Positions 29,901 through 40,868 of a DNA stretch of 64,000 bases are shown one piece after another. The number at the start of each line of letters is the position of its first letter. The first letter of the stretch is position 1. The stretch covers positions 116,808,001-116,872,000 of the forward strand of contig OZ024744.1 in NCBI GenBank assembly GCA_964016885.1. Reading direction: 5' to 3'. The notes beneath the pieces were generated by a model. The model was given only the letters and a program-made list of their open reading frames with translations. It ran no database searches and was not told the origin of the DNA. The translations under genes were made by a program, and so were the position numbers. This DNA is from Eledone cirrhosa. Taxonomy: Eukaryota.

Positions 29901-32900
29901 AAAATGTCTTGCTCAAGGACACAGTGGACTGGAGCAACATGAAATAAAGTGTCTTGCTCAAGAACACAGTGGACGGGAGCAACATGAAATAAAGTGTCTT
30001 GCTCAAGGACACAGTACACTGGAGCCACGTGAAATAAAGTGTTTTGCTGAAGGACACAGTAGACTGGAGCAATGTGAAATAAAGTATCTTATTCAAGGAC
30101 ACAGTGGACTGGAGCAATGTGAAATAAAGTATCTTATTCAAGGACACCCTGGACTGGATCAATGTGAAATAAAGTATCTTATTCAAGGAGACAGTGGACT
30201 GGAGCAATGAGAAATGAAGTGTCTTATTCAAGGACACAATGGACTGGAGCTATGTGACTCAAAGTGTCTTGCTCAATGTCACAGTGGACTGGAGCAATGT
30301 GACATTAAGTGTCTTGCTCAAGGAAACAGTGGACTGGAGCAACGTGAAATAAAGTCTCTTACTCGAAGTCACAGTGAACTGGAGCAATGTGAAATAAAAT
30401 GTCTTGCTCAAGGACACAGTGGACTGGAGCAACATGAAATAAAGTGTCTTGCTCAAGGACACAGTGGACTGGAGCAACATGAAATAAAGTATCTTGCTCA
30501 AGGACACAGTACACTGGAGCCACGTGAAATAAAGTGTTTTGCTGAAGGACACAGTAGACTGGAGCAATGTCAAATAAAGTGTCTTGCTCAAGGACACAGT
30601 GGAATGGAGCAATGTGAAATAAAGTGTCCTGGACAGGAGCAATGGGAAATAAAGTGTCTTACTCGAGAACACTGTGGACTGGAGCAATGTGAAATAAAGT
30701 GTCTCGTTCAAGGACACCCTGGACTGGAGCAACGTGAAATAAAGTGTCTTGCTCAAGAACACAGTGGACTGGAGCAATGTGAAATAAAATGTCTTGCTCA
30801 AGGACACAGTGGTATGGAGCAATGTGACATGAAGTGTTATGCCCAAGGACACAGTGGACTGGAGCAATGTGATATAAAGTTTCTTGCTCAAGGACACAGT
30901 GGACTGGAGCAACGTGAAATATACATTCTTGTTCAAGTATACAGTGGACTGGAGCAATGTGAAATAAAGTGTCTTGCTCAAGGACACAGTGGACTGGGGC
31001 AACGTGAAATAAAGTGTCTTGCTCAATGTCACAGTGGACTGGAGCAATGTCACATATAATGTCTTGCTCAAGGACACAGTGAACTGGAGCAATGTGAAAT
31101 AAAGTGTCTTGCTCAAGGACACAGTGGACTGGAGCAACGTGAAATAAAGTGTCTTGTTCAAGGTCACAGCGGACTGGAGCAACGTGAAATAAAGTGTCTT
31201 GCTCAAAGATACGGTGGACTGGAGCAATGTGACATAAAGTGTCTTGCTCAAGGACGCGCTGGACTTGAGGAATGTAAAGTAAAGTGTATTGTTCAAGTAC
31301 ACAGTGGACTGGAGCTGTGTGAAATAAAGTGTCTTGCTCAAGGACACAGTGGACTGTGGCAATCTGATATAAAATGTATTGCTCAAGGAGACAGTGGACT
31401 GGAGCAATCTGATATAAAATGTCTTGCTCAAGGAGACAGTGGTCTGGAGCAATGTGAAATAAAATGTCTTGCTCAAGGAGACAGTGGACTGAAGCAATGT
31501 GAAATAAAGTGTCTTATTCAAGGACACAGTAGACTGGAGCAATGTGACTCAAAGTGTCTTGTTCAAGGAGACAGTGGACTGGAGCAATGTGACTCAAAGT
31601 GTCATGTTCAAGGACACAGTGGACTGGAGCAATGTGAAATAAAGTGTCTTGCTCAAAGACACAGTGTACTGGAGCAACGTGAAATAAAGTGTCTTGTTCA
31701 AGGACACAGTGGACTGGAGCAACGTGAAATAAAGTGACTTGTTCAAGGACACAGTGGACTGGAGAAATGTAAAATAAAGTGTCTTGCTCAAGGACACAGT
31801 GGACTGGAGCAATGTGAACTATAGTGTCTCGCTCAAGGACATAATGGACTGGAGTAACATGAAATAAAGTGTCTTGCTGAAGGAAACAGTTGACTGGAGC
31901 AACATGAAATAAAGTGTCTTGCTCAAGGACACAGTGGAGTGGAGCAATGTGAAATAAAGTGTCCTGCTCAAGGCCACCCTGGACTGGAGCAATGTGAAAT
32001 AAAGTGTCTTGCTCAAGGACAGGGAGGACTGGAGCAAAGTGAAATAAAGTGTCTTGTTCAATTACACAGTGGACTGGAGCAATGTGACATAAAGTGTCTT
32101 GCTCAAGGACGCGGTGGACTTGAGCAATGTAAAGTAAAGTGTCTTGTTCAAGTACACAGTGGACTGGGGGCAACGTGAAATAAAGTGTCTTGCTCAAGGA
32201 CAGGGTGGACTGGAGCAAAGTGAAATAAAGTGTCTTGTTCAATTACACAGTGGACTGGAGCAATGTGAAATAAAGTGTCTTATTCAAGGACACAGTAGAC
32301 TGGAGCAATGTGAAATAAAGTGTCTTGCTCAAGGACACCCTGGACTGGATCAATGTGAAATAAAGTATCTTATTCAAGGACACAGTGGACTGGAGCAATG
32401 AGAAATAAAGTGTCTTATTCAAGGACACAATGGACTGGAGCTCTGTGACTCAAAGTGTCTTGCTCAATGTCACAGTGAACTGGAGCAATGTGAAATAAAA
32501 TGTCTTGCTCAAGGACACAGTGGACTGGAGCAACATGAAATAAAGTGTCTGGCTCAAGAACACAGTGGACTGGAGCAACATGAAATAAAGTGTCTTGCTC
32601 AAGGACACAGTACACTGGAGCCACGTGAAATAAAGTGTTTTGCTGAAGGACACAGTAGACTGGAGCAATGTGAAATAAAGTATCTTATTCAAGGACACAG
32701 TGGACTGGAGCAATGTGAAATAAAGTATCTTATTCAAGGACACCCTGGACTGGATCAATGTGAAATAAAGTATCTTATTCAAGGAGACAGTGGACTGGAG
32801 CAATGAGAAATGAAGTGTCTTATTCAAGGACACAATGGACTGGAGCTATGTGACTCAAAGTGTCTTGCTCAATGTCACAGTGGACTGGAGCAATGTGACA

Positions 32901-35506
32901 TTAAGTGTCTTGCTCAAGGAAACAGTGGACTGGAGCAACGTGAAATAAAGTCTCTTACTCGAAGTCACAGTGAACTGGAGCAATGTGAAATAAAATGTCT
33001 TGCTCAAGGACACAGTGGACTGGAGCAACATGAAATAAAGTGTCTTGCTCAAGGACACAGTGGACTGGAGCAACATGATATAAAGTATCTTGCTCAAGGA
33101 CACAGTACACTGGAGCCACGTGAAATAAAGTGTTTTGCTGAAGGCCACAGTAGACTGGAGCAATGTGAAATAAAGTGTCTTGCTCAAGGACACAGTGGAA
33201 TGGAGCAATGTGAAATAAAGTGTCCTGGACAGGAGCAATGGGAAATAAAGTGTCTTACTCGAGAACACAGTGGACTGGAGCAATGTGAAATAAAGTGTCT
33301 CGTTCAAGGACACCCTGGACTGGAGCAACGTGAAATAAAGTGTCTTGCTCAAGAACACAGTGGACTGGAGCAATGTGAAATAAAGTGTCTTTCTCAAGGA
33401 TACAGTGGACTGGAGCAATGTGAAATAAAGTATCTTGCTCAAGGACACAGTGGACTGGAGCAATGTGAAGTAAAGTGTCTTGTTCAAGTACACAGTGGAC
33501 TGGAGCTGTGTGAAATAAAGTGTCTTGCTCAAGGACACAGTGGACTGTGGCAATCTGATATAAAATGTCTTGCTCAAGGAGACAGTGGACTGGAGCAATC
33601 TGATATAAAATGTCTTGCTCAAGGACACAGTGGAATGGAGCAATGTGAAATAAAGTGTCCTGGACAGGAGCAATGGGAAATAAAGTGTCTTACTCGAGAA
33701 CACAGTGGTCTGGAGCAATGTGAAATAAAGTGTCTCGTTCAAGGACACCCTGGACTGGAGCAACGTGAAATAAAGTGTCTTGCTCAAGAACACAGTGGAC
33801 TGGAGCAATGTGAAATAAAGTGTCTTGCTCAAGGATACAGTGGACTGGAGCAATGTGAAATAAAGTATCTTGCTCAAGGACACAGTGGACTGGAGCAATG
33901 TGAAGTAAAGTGTCTTGTTCAAGTACACAGTGGACTGGAGCTGTGTGAAATAAAGTGTCTTGCTCAAGGACACAGTGGACTGTGGCAATCTGATATAAAA
34001 TGTCTTGCTCAAGGAGACAGTGGACTGGAGCAATCTGATATAAAACGTCTTGATCAAGGATACAGTAGACTGGAGCAATGTGACTCAAAGTGTCATGTTC
34101 AAGGACACAGTGGACTGGAGCAACGTGAAATAAAGTGTCTTGTTTAAGGACACAGTGGACTGGAGCAACGTGAAATAAAGTGACTTGTTCAAGGACACAG
34201 TGGACTGGAGCAATGTAAAATAAAGTGTCTTGCTCAAGGACACAGTGGACTGGAGCAATGTGAACTAAAGTGTCTCGTTCAAGGACATAATGGACTGGAG
34301 TAACATGAAATAAAGTGTCTTGCTGAAGGAAACAGTTGACTGGAGCAACATGAAATAAAGTGTCTTGATCAAGGACACAGTGGACTGGAGCAATGTGAAA
34401 TAAAGTGTTTTGCTGAAGGACACAGTGGAGTGGAGCAATGTGAAATAAAGTGTCCTGCTCAAGGCCACCCTGGACTGGCGCAATGTGAAATAAAGTGTCT
34501 TGATCAAGGACACAGTGGACTGGAGCAATGTGAAATAAAGTGTCTTGTTCAAAGACACCCTTGACTGGAGCAACGTGAAATAAAGTGTCTTACTCGAGAA
34601 CACAGTGGACTGGAGCAATGTGAAATAAAGTGTCTCGTTCAAGGACACCCTGGACTGGAGCAACGTGAAATAAAGTGACTTGTTCAAGGACACCCTGGAC
34701 TGGAGCAACGTGAAATAAAGTGACTTGCTCAAGGACACAGTGGACTGGAGCAATGTGAAATAAAGTTTCTTGATCAAGGACACAGTGGACTGGAGCAATG
34801 TGACATAACGTGTCTTGATCAAGGACACAGTGGACTGGAGCAATGTGAAATAAAGTGTCTTGATCAAGGACAAAGTGGACTGGAACAATGTGAAATAAAG
34901 TGTCTTGTTCAAGGACACAGTGAACTGGAGCAACGTCAAATAAAGTGTCTTGTTCAAAGACACCCTGGACTGGAGCAATGTGAAATAAAGTGTCTTGCTC
35001 AAGGACACAGTGGACTGGAGCAACGTGAAATAAAGTGTCTTGATCAAGGACACAGTGGACTGGAGCAACGTGAAATAAAGTGTCTTGATCAAGGACATCC
35101 TGGACTGGAGCAACGTGAAATAAAGTGTCTTGATCAAGGACACAGTGGACTGGAGCAACGTGAAATAAAGTGTCTTGATCAAGGACACCCTGGACTGGAG
35201 CAACGTGAAATAAAGTGTCTTGATCAAGGACACAGTGGACTGGAGCAACGTGAAATAAAGTGTCTTGTTCAAGGACACCCTGGACTGGAGCAATGTGAAA
35301 TAAAGTGTCTTGCTCAAGGACACAATGGCCTGGGGCAATGTGAAATAATGTGTCTTGATCAAGGACACAGTGGACTGGAGCAACGTGACATAAAGTGTCT
35401 TGCTCAAGGAGACAATGGCCTGGGGCAATGTGAAATAATGTGTCTTGATCAAGGACACAGTGGACTAGAGCAACGTGACATAAAGTGTCTTGCTCAAGGA
35501 GACAAT

Positions 35507-35572
35507 GACCCGCTGGGTGTCAAACTCATAACCTTAGAATCATGAGCCGAATTCCCTAACCACGAAACCATT
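35507..35572 (-). mobile_element. tRNA-derived 5' head (Pol III A and B boxes) of the SINE hosting the satellite
   Basis: Minus strand reads TGGTTTCGTGG (A-box-like, 35560-35570) then GAGTTTGACACC (B-box-like, 35516-35527), then continues directly into TCCTTGAGCAAGACAC of the last monomer. Confidence 0.8.
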
Positions 35573-35663
35573 AATTATAATCCTCGGTTTGTTTGTAAAC
35601 AAACAGCCCGACTAAATGTTCGGTAAACCCCGACGTACATATATATATATGTGTGTACATGTT

Positions 35664-36424
35664 ATCATCATCATTATCATCACCGTTTTACGTCCGTTCT
35701 TCCACGCCAGCATGGGTTAGACGGGTTGTCCTGTTGTCGGCAGTGGTCGGTCGGCTGACCTCACCTTGCTCATACGGGAACTGATTCTGGCTAGATTTCT
35801 ACAGCTGGATGCCCTTCCTAACACCAATTACATTTACAGTGAGTGCTGGGTGCTTTTTTCCGTGGCGCCTACCCGCCCACTTTACAGTGTGGGATGGGTG
35901 CTTTTTAGTCGTGGCACCTCCACGACCACTTTGCAGTGGGAGGGTGTGGGGGAATATTGTCTACATGCTTCAGCTTCGGCTTGTACCCGTGGGGGTCGGT
36001 TCTTTTGTATCACTGCGTGGCGCCAGATGTCACGGTCGTGTGTCACCGCTTTTGGGAGGTGTAATTGGGTAAGGTCGGCTTTTATCACCTCCTCCCAGGT
36101 CTTCTTGGATCTCCCCACTCAGCGGTTTCCATCTGTTTCTAGTGCTCTGCACCTTTTTATGCAGCTGTCATACTTCACACGCATCACATGTCCATACCAA
36201 CGCAACCGCCTCTCCTGCACACAGCATTTGATTCCTCTTATGCTCAGTCTCTCTCTCAATTCATTTATGCTTTGCCATTCGCGTATATTACTATTACACA
36301 TCCATCGGAGCATGCAGGCTTCGTTTCTTTCTAATCTATGTAAGTCTTCCACCTTCAGCATCCAGGTCTCACTACCATGTAACATTGATGTTCGTATACA
36401 CGCATCATACAGTCTGCTTTTCAT
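35664..36424 (-). mobile_element. 5'-truncated RTE-like LINE 3' fragment with (GAT)n tail
   Basis: ORF 36119-36424 (KSRLYDACIRTSMLHGSETW...LERNEACMLRWMC...ERRLRWYGHVMR), then frameshifted GRSKKTWEEVIK. The catcat tail is at 35664-35681. Confidence 0.85.
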
Positions 36425-36472
36425 GTATGTATGTACATACTAGTGTACGTCTGTATACATATATGTATGTAC

Positions 36473-37092
36473 CAGTGGCGAAGGGTAACCTGGAAAGCAG
36501 GGCATGCAGTCCAATCGCCATGGCGGAAAGTGGGGCTGTTCAGCCTTACCCCCCCCCCCCCCCAATTGCCTCTAAATGACCCTCCCGGTCAAAGCCGCAT
36601 CTAGTGTTATCTTGTGTGTGTGTGTGTTATCTTTTTATGTGTCTACGATTTAGTAAGCAGCCAAAATTCTGCTTGCTTCAACCGATGCAATTGATCAATT
36701 CAAGATTCTATAACGCATCCACTGCATGTGTTGCATGCACGCACCCTTCGCCCCTGGTATGTGCGTATACATACTTATATTTAAGTATCAGCCGTGCTAA
36801 GAGTGAGAAATGAAATTTCATTTTTTCCATTTATCATTTTCGGTACGCCCGGCCGACTAACTCACTCGATTTGCAAATTAGGCTGCTTAGCCGTTAATAT
36901 GCATCAGGAAAGTATATACTTTCAAACGTTCAATGGATTGACAGGAAGGTATACGGTGCTGATGACAGTTAATAAGCTAGAAACTAGTTCATCGTTCCTT
37001 TGTCAGTGTTGCACAAAAGGGCAACGATGGTTGCCGAACACTGTACGGCTTAATTCGGGCTGTTTGTTTACAAACAAACCGAACATTATAAT
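36473..37092. mobile_element. One-ended hAT-like non-autonomous DNA transposon fragment
   Basis: Starts cagtggcg...tggaaagcagggca, similar to the terminus of the hAT at 38608 (cagtggcg...tggcaagcagggca). No partner TIR seen. Confidence 0.45.
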
Positions 37093-37191
37093 AAATGTTC
37101 GGTAAGCCCATACATACATATATATATATATGTGTGCATGTATGTATATACATACTACTGTACGTCTGTATACATATATGTATGTACGTAT

Positions 37192-37252
<61 letters not shown>

Positions 37253-37416
37253 TATATATTGTTATGCTTTGGGAGAGTCATGTTGTCAATAAGAAACACA
37301 CGCACCAGTTGCTTTCACTTCAATTTATTATAAATTAAATTTATAAATTTAGGAATTTATAAATTTCCGGTTGGTTGGTTGGTTTGATTCCACAACCAGA
37401 CGATTGTTCACATATT

Positions 37417-37459
37417 GTCAAAGTTCTTTCGTCACACATTCTGTGACCTCTTCAGTGAC
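37417..37459 (-). ncRNA. Hammerhead-ribozyme-like motif (degenerate stem III)
   Basis: Minus: gtca-CTGAAGA-g-gtcac-agaatgt-gtgac-GAAA-gaact-t-tgac, in a ~290-bp module bounded by (TA)n. Confidence 0.55.
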
Positions 37460-37546
37460 TGGGGATTCTTTTCTTTGATTTTGTGCCTCTCCTTTGTTCT
37501 GTCCTACGCCATCTTGTTTTTGTGTGTGTTGTGTGCTCAGTTTGCG

Positions 37547-37588
<42 letters not shown>

Positions 37589-37850
37589 AAGGCATGATTT
37601 TGAGTTAGAAACTCAAAATAGTCTGATTACAGTAAATTAGCTCTCGGAAAGAGGTTTATCCGAGCCGTATATTATAACTGAACAAAAAAGAAAAACGAAC
37701 ACAGACATATACATATATGTGTTCAAATCGTAATGGACCAGATTCGCTAAGGTGAAAAGAATACTAACTACAGACAATAGGGTTTGCTAGACTCAATTTA
37801 AGAATAAATCAAGAAAAATAAATACAAACCAGAATTGTGGTAACTACCAA

Positions 37851-37932
37851 TCACCCGGACAGTTTTGATAATACTGTTTCGCAATATTAATTGTGAAGAG
37901 GAATACCAAAATCCTAGCTCATCAGCGGGTGA
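37851..37932 (-). ncRNA. Type I hammerhead ribozyme (inverted copy)
   Basis: Reverse complement of 38381-38462 with the core intact. Confidence 0.8.
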
Positions 37933-38380
37933 AGAATTATTAGTATCCTGGTCACTTCTAAATATAATAAAAACTGGATAGTGTGCGTATATATAACGCA
38001 CATGGTTCCAGAACTTAGCGTGTCTCGCAGACTAAAAATAGCAGCCGGGTTTACTCGACATTTGAATTAGCTCGACGAATTAACGGAGCCGAATATATCA
38101 AAGGCATGTATTGAGTTAGAAACTCAAAATAGTCTCATTACAGTAAATTAGCTCTAGGAAAGAGGTTATACTATACGGCTCAGAAAAACCTCTTTCCTAT
38201 ATGATATATTTGGCTCCGTTAATTCGTCGAGTTAATTCAAATGTCGAGTAAACCCGGCTGCTATTTTTAGTGGCGTGAGTCTGCGAGACACGCTAAGTTC
38301 TGGAACCATGTGCATTCCATATACACACACTATCCAGTTTTTTTATTATATTTAGAAGTGACCAGGTTACTAATAATTCT

Positions 38381-38462
38381 TCACCCGCTGATGAGCTAGG
38401 ATTTTGGTATTCCTCTTCACAAATAATATTGCGAAACAGTATTATCAAAACTGTCCGGGTGA
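38381..38462 (+). ncRNA. Type I hammerhead ribozyme, GUC cleavage triplet
   Basis: tcacccg-CTGATGA-gc..(irregular stem II)..gc-GAAA-cagt-attatcaaa-actg-TC-cgggtga. Stem I is 7 bp, stem III is 5 bp, and cleavage is predicted after C38455. Confidence 0.82.
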
Positions 38463-38607
38463 TTGGTAGTTACCACAATTCTGGTTTGTATTTATTTTTC
38501 TTGATTTATTCTTAAATTGAGTCTGGCAAACCCTATTGTCTGTAGTTAGTATTCTTTTCACCTTAGCGAATCTGGTCCATTACGATTTGAACACATATAT
38601 GTATATG

Positions 38608-40812
38608 CAGTGGCGTAGCTAGGGTGTGGCAAGCAGGGCACATGCCACGGGCGCCATATTTTGGGGGGGCGCATTTTCGACCTAAATCAATTTACATCCG
38701 TGTCGTTTTTATCATTTTTAAAAATATAAGCCAAAAATGAAGCATGTGATTTCTTGAGAGCCGACTTCCACGCCATGTCTAGTGCACTAGACAGAGCAGA
38801 TGTCTGATTTGACTTCACAAGAACGCCCCTCCCCCTCCACACTGACAGCAGGGTGGGTTGCAATTATGCGGGCGCTATTTTTAGCTATACATTGCAAAAC
38901 AGCGGATACCTCACTTGACCTCACAAACCCCCACCCCACCCCACCCTCCTCCACACACTGACTGAAGGGACGTAGTTTTGGACGTGCAAATGGTGGACAC
39001 GCAGGCGCTATTTTTAGCAATGCATTGCAGTGACCAATACAAGATAATTATAATTATGAAGCTGGTTTACAAAACAGAGTAGTTCGTCTTTTACAACTGG
39101 TACATAAGACGTCTAGCAAAGGTATCATAATCCAAATGGCCAGATAGGATCTGATAGCTTCTATTAGGAATTCAATTTGACTCCAGTTAAGATGGTTCAA
39201 TGTTTTCTTCTATAATACAGTTCGTCAGAATTTATTAAATCGTATCCAAAAAGCAAGATACTATGGTCTGCTGATTGATTCGACCCCTGACCAGGCGCAC
39301 TGAGAACAACTGTCAAAAGTGCGATATGTCGATGTTGATTTCAATATGAAGACAGTCGTTGTGGGCGAATCTTTTCTTGGATTCATTCAAGTAATCAAAA
39401 AAGATGCTGCAAGCCTTGTTGAAACAATCGTGAAAGAGCTAGAAAAAGATGACCTACCACTGCAGAACTGTGGATCGCAGTGCTACGACAATGCTGCCAT
39501 AATGGCTGGGCACCGCAGTGGGGTTCAGCAGAGAGAGAAGAATTTGATTCACTTCGTTAATTGTGATTACCATTCACTTAATCTGGCTGGTCTTCATGCA
39601 GCCAAAAACGATTCTGCTATGATGCACTTTTTCAGTTGCATTGACTCGTTATACAACTTTTTTTCTCGTTCAACACGACGATGGGAAGCCATTAAAGAAG
39701 TTGCTCCAGTGGTTGTTAAATATGCTTCCGACACGCGGTGGAGTGCTAGATGTACCGCAGTCAGACCGGTGGCGAATTATTTGACGCTGATTGTTCAAGT
39801 TCTCAAAAAAAATAGTGATGATGAAACAGAGACATGCGAGAGTAGAAGTGATGCCAGTAATCTCCATAATCGGATACTCAGTTATGAATTCCTGAACTTG
39901 ATTGGATTCTGGAACACGATTCTCTCACAAATTGACCGGGTTCAAAAGAGACTTCAAGATCCAAGAATGAATTTTCACGATGCTGCAGCTGATATAGGAG
40001 CCCTTCAATTTTATTTTAAAGAAGAAGGAACATCCTTAATCCACGAGTCTCTTGAAATGGGCTTCGACCTCTGCCAGAAATGGAATGTTGATTTTCCGAG
40101 GAGGCGAGTAAGACGACAAACCAATACCGAAATTACTGAGGACATCAATGTGGCAGCCAGAAAAGAGATAGAGAGAGCAATGCGAAGTTCACTCAACCGT
40201 CTTCAAACAGAAATGGAAGAACGGTTTATTCGACTTAAGGAAACCGACTCAAGTTTTGGCTTTCTTCTTGATGTCAACTATCTGTTTTATTTGGCTGCTC
40301 CTGATAACCTTGTCCTTAAACAAAGGTACAGCCGTCTTGCGGAACTATACAACTCCGACATCGACGGAGAGCAATTGTATGAGGAAATCTTGGACTGCCG
40401 ATCTTTGCTGGCTACTAGGACAGCTGACCCAATTTTAAAGCCGGAGGCATTTCTCCAATTCATCATTAAATACGGCGATGAATGTGTTTTTCCCAATTTG
40501 CGAATCAGCATTCAAATAATGTTGACGATTTCTATTTCAATTGTCAAAGCTAATACATTCGTATTTACGAACCTCAATGGGCCAACAACGGCTGAGTGTA
40601 GAAATTGAAGAGTTTGAACGAACTGATTTCGAGGGAATTATCAACCAGTTTGCCTCATTAAAAGCCCGAAAAATCAAGTTGTAACCGTTTTTTGTTTTTT
40701 TATTATAAATTCTACCGCAATTTCGTCTTTGTGGATCTTGACTGTTTGATTGGGGGGGGGGGGGGCAATTTGATGCTTGCCCTGGGCGCCGTTTACCCTA
40801 GCTATGCCACTG
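38608..40812 (+). mobile_element. hAT DNA transposon (Tip100/ZMYM1-like), internally deleted
   Basis: TIRs cagtggcgtagctagggt / accctagctatgccactg. 8-bp TSD tgtatatg at 38600-38607 and 40813-40820. Confidence 0.93.
39240..40683 (+). pseudogene. hAT transposase pseudogene (ZMYM1-like; catalytic and C-terminal dimerisation regions)
   Basis: YYGLLIDSTPDQAH* upstream of ORF 39319-40608, which has QCYDNAAIMAG, HFVNCDYHSLNL, SDTRWSAR and FPNLRISIQIMLTI. Stops and frameshifts present; N-terminus missing. Confidence 0.88.
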
Positions 40813-40868
40813 TGTATATGTCTGTGTTCGTTTTTCTTTTTTGTTCAGTTATATGATATATATATATA

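Larger units (their letters stand above)
16345..30085. repeat. Tandem higher-order duplication, period 6863 bp (16345-23222 vs 23208-30085)
   Basis: The ORF track repeats with identical translations at +6863 (16363/23226, 19167/26030, 22100/28963). The SINE insertion is duplicated with it. Confidence 0.95.
457..35506. repeat. 45-bp satellite array, ~780 monomers, derived from the SINE central domain
   Basis: Head-to-tail copies of GACTGGAGCAATGTGAAATAAAGTGTCTTGCTCAAGGACACAGTG, with recurrent diagnostic variant monomers including 43-bp and 30-bp deletion forms. Confidence 0.99.
37583..40853. mobile_element. Non-coding Penelope-pLTR/retrozyme-like element with direct and inverted repeats, interrupted by a hAT insertion
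   Basis: 37586-37653 recurs at 38098-38167 (period 512). 37672-38100 is inverted at 38203-38607 plus 40813-40853. Both ends lie in (TA)n, and each arm carries a hammerhead. Confidence 0.8.

Noticed and set aside
457-35506. CRISPR-like array (repeat with an internal gtgtc...gacac palindrome)
   Set aside because: There are no unique spacers, monomers are contiguous, no cas genes are present and the context is eukaryotic.
367-35545. Many long ORFs with 15-aa repeats (LLQSTVSLSKTLYFT, EQCEIKCLAQGHSGL, HIAPVHCVLEQDTLF), superficially Cys/His metal-binding or LRR-like
   Set aside because: The 45-bp unit is a multiple of three and stop-free in several frames on both strands. Stops and frameshifting 43/44/46-bp monomers are scattered and duplicated freely, and the unit derives from a non-coding SINE.
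35507-35572. tRNA gene
   Set aside because: Only degenerate A/B boxes with no acceptor stem, continuous with the SINE central domain. The same applies to the other SINE heads.
39319-40608. Domesticated ZMYM1-like gene
   Set aside because: Bounded by TIRs and a TSD, with an upstream stop and a disrupted C-terminus.
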